Shown: positions 24,321 through 37,189 of the stretch, one piece after another
Layout of the letters: every line of letters starts with the position of its first letter
Numbering within the stretch: the stretch's first letter is position 1
DNA from: Octopus sinensis
Lineage: Eukaryota
Length of the DNA stretch: 64,000 nt
Direction: 5' to 3'
Assembly: GCF_006345805.1 (NCBI RefSeq)
Contig: NC_043007.1
Span: forward strand, 54,374,001 to 54,438,000
Translations under genes and position numbers: made by a program
The notes under the pieces: model-generated
Told to the model about the DNA's origin: nothing
Seen by the model: only the letters and a program-made list of their open reading frames with translations
Database searches by the model: none

Positions 24321-25859
24321 AACAGTGTTGTTTTCAAGCACTTCCTTGCCAACTACCCTGCCCCCTTACCACATCATTTCTTTCATGTAGATTTCGCTCA
24401 TGTAGTGCTGTTGAATGCTCCCACAGGTTTAATTTATCACATAGATGTAGTTCCTAAGTCTGCTGCTTGCTTGGCAGTGCCGCAAAGGAGAGTATATCCA
24501 CTGAGAGCTTTTTGGTGTGTTCAAAAATCACATTCCCATCACCCACCTTTCCATGACAAAGTTAGGGCCTGGAATCTTCTAGACAGATGTATGACATGTT
24601 ACTTAGTCAAATTAGCTCTTCATTTATTCCACAAATGTTTTGTCGTCAATGCTGCACTTCCCTGTATCACATGTTTCAAGTTTACTGTACCATATATACA
24701 AACCATACCATTTAAATCCTGAGCAATGCGAGGTATGTCTGCTAGTCATTTCTAAAAGCAATGAGGATAAAAGTAATTCTGTTATAGAAGTAAGGTTTAA
24801 TGATTCCAAAATAGGAATATCTAGCAGATCAGTAAATGTTCTGTCATAGCTGAATTATTTTAAAGTTTGACTCATGTATTTGTATTCTGAAGCTAATATG
24901 ATTGAAATAAATCAGTATTAATAAATTAATTCTCAGTTGCCAACTCCTTATAGAAATATATTTAAAAGTCTCATGACCATTTATAATTAATTGTGCCATG
25001 ATCCATTTGTAGTCTTCATGTAGTGTAACAAGACTGACCTTTTCAGCTGCATCTTTTAAAATAAAATTAAATATATACTAGTGTCTCACATTCATAATAT
25101 TAATTTATTTTAACTAGATCTAAGACTAATATATATGACTTGTATTTATGGTATTTAAATTAGACTGAGGAAAAGTAAAGTCAGTTCTTGGTTTTGGACC
25201 CAGAATTCAAAAGAAATATAGTGAAGCATTTTTCCTAGTCAACCTTATTGTTGTTTGTGAGACCTAAAATGTGAGGTTAACTTCTACAAAATGGGAGAAT
25301 TATATTTTATGATATTAATTCTAGGATTTTACATGCATTTATTCAATCAAATTCAATTTGATAAAAGATAAAGTTAATTATAAAGATTTGAACTTGAAAC
25401 TGGGGGATGGAATTCAGTGTTGTTGCTTAGCATCTGTCCAAATAAGATTCCCTGTTTTTTCATAAGAAACCTTTTCATACTGACCTGCTTTAGTTTACTT
25501 TTGGTTCTATGATACAAACTACTTGTTTTAAAGTGGTCTAACTTGAAAGTCTCCACTAAAAAGATATAGTAACAAAAGGTTTTAAGAAATGAAAACTAAA
25601 GCTTCAGGTTAGAACACAAATTATTTGCAAATTTATCAGCAAATGAATTTTTACCTACTCTTCATACAAACAGACTGAATTTAAAGCAAAAGCAGTACTT
25701 TTCCTTAATGAGACAATACAACACCTACTGCTGCAACAGAAGTTATTTGCATCTGTATTACTAGAGTGTTAGACCATTAGCTGAAACTTTATTGGTGTGG
25801 GTCTCAATATCAGGCAAATATGACTCACCTTCCTTCAGCTCAAAAGTAAGAAAGGACTG

Positions 25860-27252
25860 GAAAGTAATTCCATTCACTGCAACCAGTGTAAGCTATGGAC
25901 ACATGAGATGTGCAGTGGAATCACATGTAGATTAACAGATAAAGTTGTTTCATATGTTGCAGATGTGCAGGAAAAATAAGTACTAAGGACACATGGGAAT
26001 TAGACTTTCTCAAATGCCCAGGAGGCTCTCTCGAGTTTCTGTTGCTTAGATGACCTGGAAGTATTGTTTCTAGAATAAGAATAGGATAGAAGTTCACAGA
26101 ACTATTCTGTTAGCAACAAAAGGACTCTCTCTCAGAGTGAAAGGCAGATTGTATGATGCTTGTGGCTATACTCCATGATAGTGAGGCATGGGCTTTGAAT
26201 GTGAAAGACATGTGTAGACTAGAGAGGTATGCTCTGTTGGATGTGCAACATCAGTGTGCATGTATGACAAAGGGTAAATGTGATGAGAGAAAAATTGGGA
26301 TAAGAGGAATCAGATGCAGCATGCCAGAGAGAAGACTATGTTGGCTTAGACATTTGATGCATATAAATGAAGACAGCTGTATAAAGAAGTGCTGATCCCT
26401 GAAAGTGGATGGCACTCGTGGAAGAAGGAGACCTAGGAAGACCTGGGATGAAGTGGTTAGGACTCACAGATGAGGTGACAATGGATTGAAATATCTGGTG
26501 GTATGAGGTTCTTAAGCAGACCTACCCACTTCAGTGAAATTGAGTTCTAGAAGCACTGTGGGTTCTACCCACTTGTAACAATAAAGCTTTTCACACACCC
26601 TACTTCGCCAAACCAAACTACATCTGTTCTCTTCCTCACATTTCCCCTTTTTCATGCACTCTGCTTATACTTATTTCTTGCTTCCCAATCTTGTCCTCAC
26701 TGCCCTGTTCCCTACCCTGCTTACTGTACCATTGCTATCCTGCTCCCTACCCTGCTCACTGTATCATTGCTATCCTGCTCCTGTCCTTGTTCCTGATCAC
26801 TCTCTCTATCTCTGACCGGTTAACCATGTATCTCCTCTACAGCAAGACACCTGTTTTTGTCTCTGTCACACTCTAACTAACTTTTCATCACCTAGCACAA
26901 GGTCACCTCCTCCAATGCCCCTTTTCCTCTCAAAGGATCTTTTCCTTACAAGTTATTTGGTGACCCTGCCAGAGCTGGTGTCGTGTAAAAATCACCCAGT
27001 CTACATTATAAAGTGTAGAAAGGGCGTCCAGCCATAAGACCATGCCGAAACTGACCTTGCCTGTGCTGGTGTCACATAAAAAAGTACTCAGTCCACTCTG
27101 CAGGGTGGTTGGTGTTAGGAAGGGCATCCAGCCATAAAAACCATGTCAAAACAGATGTTGAAGCCTGGTGCAATCTTCTGTTTAACCAGCTCCTGTCAAA
27201 TTGTCCAACCCACACTAGCATGGAAAGCGGACGTTAAATGATGATGATGATG
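25860..27252 (+). mobile_element. Fragmented RTE LINE (C-terminal ORF and 3' tail)
   Basis: CNQCKLWTH, RVKGRLYDACG, RRLCWLRHL and RGRRRPRKTW, with the same ...GAAAGCGGACGTTAAATGATGATG tail as the other RTE copies. Confidence 0.8.
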
Positions 27253-28586
27253 GTCCAGTTCTCTGATGTTAAATAGGTACCACAAGAAAAAGGTACAATA
27301 TTCTAATAAATAGACATTATATAATTAACAAGCATTTTATGGCATATTGTGCTAAGTCTTCTCATTACCAAGATTTGTTACTTTATAGTATTTGTTACTT
27401 TACAGTATACTTTACAGTATACAGTATGTTGAAAATAGCTCTTTGAATTTTGCAGTAGATTTTGGCAATGCAATAAAATGTTATGTTATGGGTATCTTAA
27501 AGTTATGAAAGACTATAAATCATCATCATCATCCTGGTTGTCATCATTGCTATCATCATCATAACTGTTGTTATCACCATTGCTACCACCACCATCATCA
27601 TCAGCAGCACATTGTGAATACCTGGGCTGCAGAAATTTTTTTTCTATTTATGTCAAGAATTTCAGTTTACAATAGAATCATCAAAGTATTCTTTAATACT
27701 ATCCCACCAAATAATCTTTTATTGATATTTCTTTTTTCTAGTTGTAGTTCTTAACTCATTGTTTTCGTTTCTCAAAGCAATTATTTTAAGTATATTCTGT
27801 GCTAATTAACCTGAGTATTTGTCTGACAGTCAGGAGTTCTGTCAGAAGGATAATGTGCTTCTGGATGTATTCATTGGCTTGTATTCCTTATATGGAACAC
27901 CAATCATTCGTTTATATTCTTTATACAGAACACCAATAATTTATTTAAATTCCATGTAAGGAACACTGATCATCTACCTATAAACATTTGCTGAGTCTTG
28001 ACATTCAATATCTTGATTTCACCTTCATTTAGGAATATGTTATGCATACTAAAACAATATATATTTGAAATATGTGAAAATTATTAGGACAAGTAAAAAA
28101 AAAAACAACCTAACCTTTAAATACATAAAAAAGAAATATAGTGATAGCTAAGGCCATAGTGCATTATATAGGTTTCATCACTGTTTTTCAATTATACTTT
28201 GATGAATTTTAACTCTAAATGCTTCTATAGTTCACTTTACATGAGAAATTCTTCTCATAGAAGAGATAAAATGCCTGTAAAGTATTAGAGTTTATTCAAG
28301 TAACTATTTTTTTGTGTATAAGGTAGTAATTCAATTAATGGAATACCAAACAATGTATTGATGAATTCTAATTTCTTACATGTGAAGAGAGATGGAATAG
28401 TAAATGATAATGATGTTTGTCAAATTTTCCACTATTTGTTCCCTTACAGAGCCAACGGTTACAAATTTACACATTCACTCCTTCTAGAAAAATAATGAGA
28501 ATTAAATAATGCTTTTTTATAAATCAGAAAAAATGTTTTTATTTTGTGTTGTATAGATAATTATTTATGCTGTTTGTTCATTATAG

Positions 28587-28727
28587 ACATAACAAACACT
28601 GCCTGTTGTGGAAAGGCAGCTTATAATCAAAGCAGTAACAAGTGTATTGGGAATTCAATCGTTCTAATTAATGAAGCTATTTGCAATGGTTCCAAATATA
28701 ATTTGCATGAAGATCATTGTTGTAATG
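28587..28727 (+). CDS. Galaxin-like gene, coding exon 4 (ITNTACCGKAAYNQSSNKCIGNSIVLINEAICNGSKYNLHEDHCCN)
   Basis: TGTTTGTTCATTATAG acceptor, GTAAGT donor, 141 nt, phase 1-1. C-xxx-YN-x5-CC-NG motif. The gene remains open at its 3' end. Confidence 0.88.
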
Positions 28728-28904
28728 GTAAGTGTTTTGGTACAAAAATTACCAGTTCACTAATTTTCATATTCTACTGTTTTCAGTTTATTGACAATGT
28801 CCTTGACATTAACATTGATACTTTAATTAATGTTTGATGTATAAAATAATCAGGGGATAATTTTATTAAGTTTACAGTAAGGTGTATTAATTTTCATTTA
28901 CAAA

Positions 28905-30290
28905 ATGCTTATTCAGCGCTACAAGCTCAGATAATGTTTGAAGGTTGTGCTTCACCACCTCATCCTAGGTCTACCTCTTCCACAGGTTCCCTCTACTGCT
29001 GGGTTGTGACACTTTTTCACATAGCTGTCTTCATCCATACACAACGCATGACCATACCAGCACAGTCATTTCTCTTGTACACCACATCTGATGCTTTTTA
29101 TGTCCAATTTTTCTCTCAAGGCGCTTACATTCTGTCATATATGCACACTGACATTACACATCCAGCAGAACATACTAGCTTCATTTCTTGCAAGCTTATG
29201 CATGTCCTCAGCATTCATGGCCCATGTTTCACTTCCATTGTAGCATGACTATTTGCACACAAGCATCATACAGTCTACTTTTTACTCTGAGTGAGAAGCC
29301 CTTTCTCACCAGCAGAGGTAGGTACTCCCTGAACTTTGCCCAGGCTATTCTTATTCTAGCAGCTACACTGTCAGAGCAACCACCCCTGGTACTGTTATGG
29401 TCACCTAGGTTGCAGAAGCTATCAACTACTTGTATCTTTTCCCCCTTGCATGTGACAAGCTGTTTTGTGCACATTTTCAGTGTTATTGCTGCACATTTTA
29501 TGTGTTCATAGCTTTCACTGGGTGCATCTTCTGGAGTTTCTACTTATGACTTTTCTACAGATCGATCAGGGATCTACCTGAAGGGATTTGTGATTTGTCT
29601 GCTTCGTTACTAAGACTTAGATTTTCACTAGATTGACTCTAAGGCCCTTCGATTCTAGACCTTGCTTCCACACCCTAAACTTCTCCTCTAGTTCTGATAG
29701 TGACTCAGCTATAAGAGCAAAGTCATCAGCATAGAGGAGCTCCTAGGGACAGCCTGTCTTGAAATCCTCTGTTATTGCCTAGAGGACTATGATGAATAAG
29801 AGGGAGCTGAGGTCTGATCCTTAGTGGACCCCTACTTCTATCTGGAATTCTTCACTATACTCATTGCCAATCCTCACCTTACTAACAGCATCCCTGTACA
29901 TGGCTTGTACAGCTCTCACTAACCACTCATCTATCCTTAGTTTCCATATTGACCACCAGATAAGGGTTCAGGGGACCCTGTCAAAGGCTTTCTCTAAGTC
30001 AACGAAAGCCAATACAGAGGTTTTGTCTTTGGCTAGTTATTCTCCTGCACCTGTCTTACCAGAAATATAGTATCAGTGGTGCTTTTCCCTGGCACAAACC
30101 CAAACTGCATCTCTTCTAAACTAACTCTCTCCCTAATTTCCCTGTCTTCATACCCTTAATTGCTTTATCTACCAAGGTACTGTCAATTCGGATAGCTGGT
30201 CCCTCTGTTGAGTCAACATTTGGCTGACCCTCTTTCTCCCATTCATTCTCTTCATGGAAGAAATAGATAAACAGTTACCAGGATAGCAAA
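28905..30290 (-). mobile_element. Fragmented RTE LINE (RT and C-terminus)
   Basis: Minus strand: KAFDRVP, HQGSDLSSLLFIIVL, ELLYADDFAL, VVDSFCNLGD, RIRIAWAKFREYLPLL. Confidence 0.85.
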
Positions 30291-30463
30291 AGATCACACA
30301 AGTAAAAAAGGGCATAACACCAATGACATCTTTGAAACACATGTCGGAAGTAAATGAATTTGAATAACACCTACGTTTAACTCCATTTATTTATTTATAT
30401 ATGTATTCATGTATATGTATATATATGTGTGTGTGTGTGTGTGTATATGTATATATATGTATG

Positions 30464-30496
<33 letters not shown>

Positions 30497-30501
30497 ATAT
30501 A

Positions 30502-30731
30502 TATCTGTAAAATAATATGTGACAATTATTCTGTAGCCAAGATAAAACTCTGAGTTTCGGATGCCAGGGTGGAAATCCACAACACCATCTCTTCGGTTAT
30601 CTGGCATCCGAAACTCAGAGTTTTATCTTGGCTACAAAATAATTGTCACATATTATTTTACAGATAAATTTCCTCTATTTACATAATATTGAGGTCTCTT
30701 TCTTTCTTTTGTTATCTTACCATTTTTACCA

Positions 30732-30735
<4 letters not shown>
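30502..30735. mobile_element. PLE pseudo-LTR-like fragment with a fold-back 5' end (66-bp arms, 1 mismatch, 33-nt spacer)
   Basis: 30502-30567 is the reverse complement of 30601-30666. The spacer plus left arm carry a hammerhead motif on the minus strand. Confidence 0.75.
30542..30600 (-). ncRNA. Minimal type-I hammerhead ribozyme motif (CCGAAGA core, GUU triplet, imperfect stem II)
   Basis: ATAA-CCGAAGA-GATG..GTGGATTTCCAC..CATC-C-GAAA-C-TCAGA-G-TT-TTAT. Stem I is ATAA/TTAT; one extra C precedes GAAA. Confidence 0.55.
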
Positions 30736-30779
<44 letters not shown>

Positions 30780-30842
30780 GTATATATGTGTATGTATATG
30801 TATATATGTGTATATATATATATATGTGTGTGTGTGTATAAA

Positions 30843-31073
30843 TTTTTTTTTTTTTTGTACTTGTTTCAGTCATTTGACTGCGGCCATGCTGGAGCACCGC
30901 CTTTAGAGTGGTGAAAGAGTACAGCAGGGATCACCACCATCCCCTGCCGGAGCCTCGTGGAGCTTTTAGGTGTTTTCGCTCAATAAACACACACAACGCC
31001 CGGTCTGGGAATCGAAACCGCGATCCTCCAACCGCAAGTCCGCTGCCCTAACCACTGGGCCATTGCGCCTCCA
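30843..31073 (-). mobile_element. tRNA-derived SINE with A box, B box and poly(A) tail
   Basis: A box TGGCCCAGTGG (31052-31062), B box GTTTCGATTCC (31008-31018), tail GGCGGTGCTCCAGCATGGCCGCAGTCAAATGACTGAAACAAGTAC(A)14. Confidence 0.85.
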
Positions 31074-31084
31074 AATCCGTAAAA

Positions 31085-32121
31085 ATGTTTTAGCCCGAAG
31101 GTTGTGGCCATGCTGGGGCACCACCGCTGAATGAGCTACACTAATATGTGAATCCACCTCTGATATGTGGCACTTGATCAACAAGGGAGTTCTATGCTGC
31201 TGCCCGTATCTGCGTCTCCTGTCGTGAAGTAGGTTCATCTGGGACTCCCGACAAGAAGAGATCCAGTTTAGTTTTAAAGAAACCCACATCCACACCATGT
31301 AAGTCTCTCAGGCATTTAGGGAGGATGTTAAAGAGTTGTGGTCCTCTGAAACCCAAGCTGTTGCAGTATCTGGACCTGTATCGGACCTGGCGCCCCGTTC
31401 TGTGGTTGGGGTAACTTTGAATGCCAAAGTTTGGGACAAGACCCTCCAGGATTTTCCAGATGTATATCACTGCATATCTCTCCCGCCTCCGCTCCAGGGA
31501 GAAGAGGTTTAATACCTTCAATCTTTCCCAGTAGCTGATATTTTGCATTGAGACGATTTTCTTTGTGTAGCTTCTCTGAATTGCTTCGAGTTCTGCTGTT
31601 AGTTTTATATTGTGTGGTGACCATAGTTGGGAGCAGTAGTCCAAGTGGCTGAGGACGAATGTTTTCCATAGGACCATCAGTGTTTCCTTCTCTCTTGTTC
31701 TGAAAGTTCGGAGAATCCATCCAGCTAGCCTTCTGCATTTTATCACCAGATTAGTAATATGCACTTGGAAAGATGCATCATTGCTCATGTCAATGCCCAG
31801 GTCACGCACTGATTTTGACTCAGGGATTGCAATTCTTCCTGGGCCAGTGTATCCAGTCTGCATGTCGTTTACCTTTGTGTGCCGGTAGCGCAGGGCCTGG
31901 AACTTACCTGCATTAAACTGCATGTTGTTGTCCTCAGCCCACCTCTATATTGTGTCCAACTCCTGTTGGAGATGTGCAATATTTTCAGGGTTTTGTATTG
32001 TGTGGGAGACTTTTGTTTCATCTGCATAGCTAGCAAGGGTGGTCATCGTAGCAACTGAAGGCATGTCTGAAAGGGCCACTATAAACGTCAGTGGCCCCAA
32101 GACAGTGCCCTGTGGGACACC
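31085..32121 (-). mobile_element. CR1-clade LINE 3' fragment (5'-truncated within RT)
   Basis: GVPQGTVLGPL, SYADETK, MQFNAGKF, VRDLGI, HLDYCSQLWSP, SLERRRER. Homologous to 39700-40790. Confidence 0.9.
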
Positions 32122-32183
<62 letters not shown>

Positions 32184-32188
32184 ATATG

Positions 32189-33014
32189 TATATAAGGGCT
32201 TAGTAAAATAAATTACTTTGCCACATACTGAACTCATTAGAAATAGCAGCTAAAGAAATTTCTTCAGCTATTTCTAATACTTAAAGAAGATCTCTCTCAG
32301 ATAGTGTTTGCCTAAACTAACTCACAAAAGTATGGGGGAAAAAACATTAAAAAATCAAGTGCAAAGGTTATTTGAGAACGTACGTTTCTAGATTAGTCAA
32401 TTCGACATTTCTTTCTTCAGCTCAGAATTCCTTGAATCGGATTTGGGAACACTGAAAGTCGGGAGCATACCCTTTCGGCTTCTAATCACCTCAAGAATTC
32501 TGCTCGAACTAAAAGTGTTATCAAATTCGAATATGCAAGCGAAGAATTTCTGCTCTCCCCTTTCCACCAGCGTGGGTTAAAATTGACAAACACCATCGAA
32601 TTGACTAATCTAGAAACGTACGTTCTCAAATAACCTTTGCACTTGATTTTTTAATGTTTTTTCCCCCATACTTTTGTGAGTTAGTTTAGGCAAACACTAT
32701 CTGAGAGAGATCTTCTTTAAGTATTAGAAATAGCTGAAGAAATTTCTTTAGCTGCTATTTCTAATGAGTTCAGTATGTGGCAAAGTAATTTATTTTACTA
32801 AGCCCTTATATATAATGTAATATTTTGAATTCGCCTATAATGGTCCCTTTACATACTGAATACTTGGTGAAATTGATTAATAATTAATTAATTTTACCCT
32901 CAATTGTTGAAATTATAATTCATCTTTCTCTGTAAAATGCTGCGGTTTTCACCGTTAATACATGGTGTATGTCAATTTTAACCCACGCTGGTGGAAAGGG
33001 GAGAGCAGAAATTC
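32189..33014. mobile_element. Hammerhead-containing repeat unit with a perfect 217-bp inverted repeat
   Basis: 32189-32405 is the exact reverse complement of 32596-32812. Also 32544-32588 is the reverse complement of 32970-33014. No ORF longer than 60 aa. Confidence 0.85.
32373..32424 (-). ncRNA. Minimal type-I hammerhead ribozyme motif (canonical CTGAAGA/GAAA core, GUU triplet)
   Basis: TGAG-CTGAAGA-AAGAAATGTC(GAATT)GACTAATCTA-GAAA-C(GTAC)G-TT-CTCA. Stem I is TGAG/CTCA and stem III is the self-complementary ACGTACGT. Stem II has an A.A first pair and an internal loop. Confidence 0.68.
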
Positions 33015-33114
33015 NNNNNNNNNNNNNNNNNNNNNNNNNNNNNNNNNNNNNNNNNNNNNNNNNNNNNNNNNNNNNNNNNNNNNNNNNNNNNNNNNNNNNN
33101 NNNNNNNNNNNNNN
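33015..33114. other. Assembly gap (100 N)
   Basis: Run of N. Confidence 1.
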
Positions 33115-35520
33115 GAACCTAAACTCCAAATATAAAATTACGACTAAGAACAATTTGAAAAAAGTAAACCTGAAATGAAAGAGATCATGGAGAAACTAAA
33201 TTTAACGGATAGAACAGAGCCGCTTAACCGTGTGAGCCCAGGATCAACCTTAAAGACCCCAAAAAGAATTTCTTGGGAAAACCCTTCGGTAAGGCTGATC
33301 TGTCCAACTAAGTCGGACATTGGCCGACTTAGTAAATCTATCCTGGATACTGTTCTACCCCAAATAACCCCTCTTCTCCCCTAAACCTATGGCTAAGTAC
33401 GGACGAAGTTCTAAAATGGTTTAACTTCTTAACTAATAATAGTAGTCTGTCCTTTATTCATTCGATATTAATAGTTATTATCTCTAGTATTTCCCTATCT
33501 TACTCTACAAATCACTAATATTTGCCATGAATCGCTCCCTCATATCTAGAGAAGAAATCATTATTTGCTACTAGCTAGGAAGACATTATAGAATTTAGAT
33601 AATTATGGACTAGAGCAGATACACCTAATATTTGATATACCAATGGGTTCCAGTGATTCGGCTGAGGTAACCAACCTAGTAGGCGCATATCTATTAAAAT
33701 GTATAAGCAAGGATATCCCAGAAATACAGGGGGGTCTATATAGGGATGATGCTCTGTTTGTTATCCCTAGTAATAATAAATCTGTTAGAGAAAGGATTAG
33801 AAAGAAAATTATAAGTTCTTTAAGGATTTCAACCTCAGTATAACGTATGAACCGGGCACTAAATAGTTAACTTCCTAGATATTACGCTAGACCTTAACTC
33901 CAAGCTGCATACCCATTTAGAAAGGAAGGCGAATCACGAATTACGTAAATAAATTTCAAATCATCCCCCAAATATAATGAATCTTTAGTAAGAAATATTT
34001 CATTAGGAATTTCAAAATTATCATCCCATAAGGATATATTTAACTCCCATTCTGAGCATTATAATGCGGCATTAACTAAGGCTGGATACAACCAAAAGAT
34101 TACATTCGTTGATAGGAGAACTCACGTATTCCTAATAAAGAAGTTATCAGTAATCACGTAAGCAGCAATACAGACCAAGCCCGAAATAAAGTAGAATTAA
34201 ATTAACGGTAAACGCTAATCTAACGTACAGCCCAACAATTCAAATAGAAGCATTGACCAGAACATAGGTAACTCGGATAATATCGAAGTAGATAAACCAA
34301 AGATGCACACAAAAAAAATAAAATAATGGTAATAAATACAATAACTCAGGTGAGATGAATAGTAATAATTCTACGAACCCTAAATTAAATAAAAAGATAT
34401 ATATGGCTGAATATTCCTTTCAACTGTGCGATACAATCGGATATACAGAACAAATTCAAAGTAATTCTGGAAAAAATTTCAATCCTCATAGATATCATAG
34501 AATTATTTCTAGGAAAACAGTTGGATTTCTTATTCAACCCTCCCAAATATGTCCACTTTAATAGCTAAGATTAATAATAACAACATTAAACTAGCCAGGA
34601 AAGATAGAAATAAAAATAATAATATCAGCATGAATACCAATAGCAATTATAATAATACTACCAACAATAAAAACAGCAAGTAACTATCAAAACAGGTGAA
34701 TTAGTACCACAGAATGACTAATAACATTAACATTAATAGTAATAATAACAATACCGATATTAATAGAAATAATAATGTTAATATAGAAATATAGAAATAA
34801 GGCTAATGGGAAAATAGGGAGAATGAAAATATCAGTGATATCTATAACAACAATAGCAGTCGGATAAAAAGACTAACAATAATAGTAACATTACCAATAT
34901 ATAAGAAATCATGGTAGGACTTTAGACCTAAAAGATGAAACAGAAGGATCAATAAATAATAGCAATACTTTAGATATCAGCACCAACTATAGAAATATTA
35001 ATAACAATAAGGACAATTATACTCATGATAATCAAAATAATAAGAACCTAAGACATCTACCCAAGAATAATCCAAAACCTGAAGTTGTTCCTCCTGTGTG
35101 TAAGTGTAGAATAAAATCAAAATGCCCGGCACCTGGTCTATGCGGGGAAAATAATGTAATCTATAAATGTACCATATCCACGGAGAATAACAAATATTTT
35201 TACATTGATGTACAATTAATTTTCTAGCCAGAGTTAGAAATCACATCTCGTCTTTTAAATTACATCATAAAGCTGGTACCACCACACTTTCAAACAAAAT
35301 CTGGGAACTCAAAAATAATAATAATAATTATAACCTTAATTGGGAAATAGTTAGGAGAGCAATTCCGTATAAAAATAGCAGGGTTGGTTGCCAACTATGC
35401 TCCATGGAGACGTATGAAATTCTAAAGCATAGAAAACATAGAAACTTATTGAATAACCATATCGAACTAGGTCAAGTTTGTGTCCACGCTAAATTGAAGA
35501 CTTTAAAATATTTTAAATGA
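33115..35520 (+). mobile_element. Penelope-like element, decayed RT and GIY-YIG endonuclease
   Basis: RLICPTKSDIG, PMGSSDSAEVTNLVG, GLYRDDAL, VNFLDITLDL, CKCRIKSKCP..NVIYKC, WEIVRRAIPY..CQLC. Confidence 0.9.
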
Positions 35521-37189
35521 TTAGAATATTCGTAACTAGATAGATAATAGATATAACTTGATTTTTACTAGTATAGCACTGCTTTAAGTAGATAACTAAG
35601 AGTTCTCACCTATACAGTTATCTTTTTCCTTATATCTGCATCAGTTTTTTGAGAACAGGGAAATGAATAGTACTTATACGCTGCTTAATTGAGGCTTTAT
35701 TTAATTTCAAACTCATAAGTTTAAATCTTAATTTTAAATCTTAATTTAATTTTTAATTTTAATTCTTAACTTAATCTAATTTAAGTAGCATAACTTTAAT
35801 AAAATAAAATGAGTTACTAAAGCCCCATAATTCTATTTCAAAATTAAATAAATAAGGCTACTCCCTCGGTGATAATATGATTATCTTCATTATGATAGAC
35901 AATTCCCTAACACCTTGTAAATGATCTTCTAAGATTTGACCTGTCCGTCAATGTATGAATAATAACGGCAACTCCTTAAGACAGTAAAATGAATAAATTA
36001 AATAAATAAATTTTAATGACTTTTTGATAAGATTATACTTAGATTTTCCTAATGTATTTTCTTTGATTTTAGCCTTTGACCCTAAACCCCTGACCGTGTT
36101 ATCTCTTTAGATTCTCTTTAAATTCATAGCTGCTTTCAACAGCAATAAATTAGCTGTTTTACTGGTCAAAGAATAATATTCTCCTCTAGTTCCTAGATGC
36201 CTGTAAATTAAAACCAGACTTGCCGTCTGCTAATTCTTCTGTATAACTAGAACCCTCTTTTTTTTCTTTTTCTTTTTTTCCCTTCTTTCCTTATTTCTTT
36301 CTCTTTTCTCTTTTTTCTTTTTCTTCTTATTCTCTTTTTCTTTTTTTCTTTTTCCTTTTCTCTCTCTCTTTTAGTCCCCCCCCCCTTTTGCTCCCTCCTC
36401 CTTTATTTTCTCCCTTTTCTTCTCTTTCCTTCCCTTTTCTGTTCTTTGCATCTCTAGAAAGCCCTTCAGCCTTTAAAAGTTAAATAGCTACAGTCTCTTG
36501 AAAATAGCAGTAATGTGATTAATGTGGCAAATACCTAATCATATAGCAAGAATTGATACCTACCTCATTGTGTTCAACCATTGATAAATTTATCGCCTGT
36601 GAATATGAAATTCCTCTTCATTTCTCTGGAAATTTACATCTACACCATTGAAAATTGTGCATCTATACAAAGGATTAATTCACCCTCTCTGTAATGCTAA
36701 TAAGCAGGAATTGAGACCCACCTCGTTGTGATTAGCAATGGATAATTTGTCGTCTGTGAGTATGTAATCCCTCCTCATATCTCTGGAAATTCATATGTAC
36801 ACTATGGATTAAGTCACCTTCTCTGTGATGCTATTAAAACTTTTTTAAAATTCTGTGATAAGACTGTACATCATCTTTAAAGAACTTTAATGAACTTTGG
36901 AAATCTGTTTATGTTACTTAATTATCTACATTACTTCATGAGTATAGCCTCAACCACTAGGATGTCTAGAGAACTCACATGTATTTTAGCTGATGAGTAC
37001 GGGACACGTTTATATGCTGCAATTTTTGCAACTTTTAATAAAGCCTGTCCTTGTATGAAACGATTGTACTAAAAACGTATCCATTCTTGTTGCTTCTTTC
37101 TCGCTTATAATCACCCCACATTACTGTATTATTAAAACCGTATAGTTTTTTTGGTGCATCTAAGTTAGGTACCATATTCAAGTAAATTC

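Noticed and set aside
31008-31073. tRNA gene
   Set aside because: A and B boxes are present, but there is no closed cloverleaf, and the sequence continues into a SINE body and poly(A).
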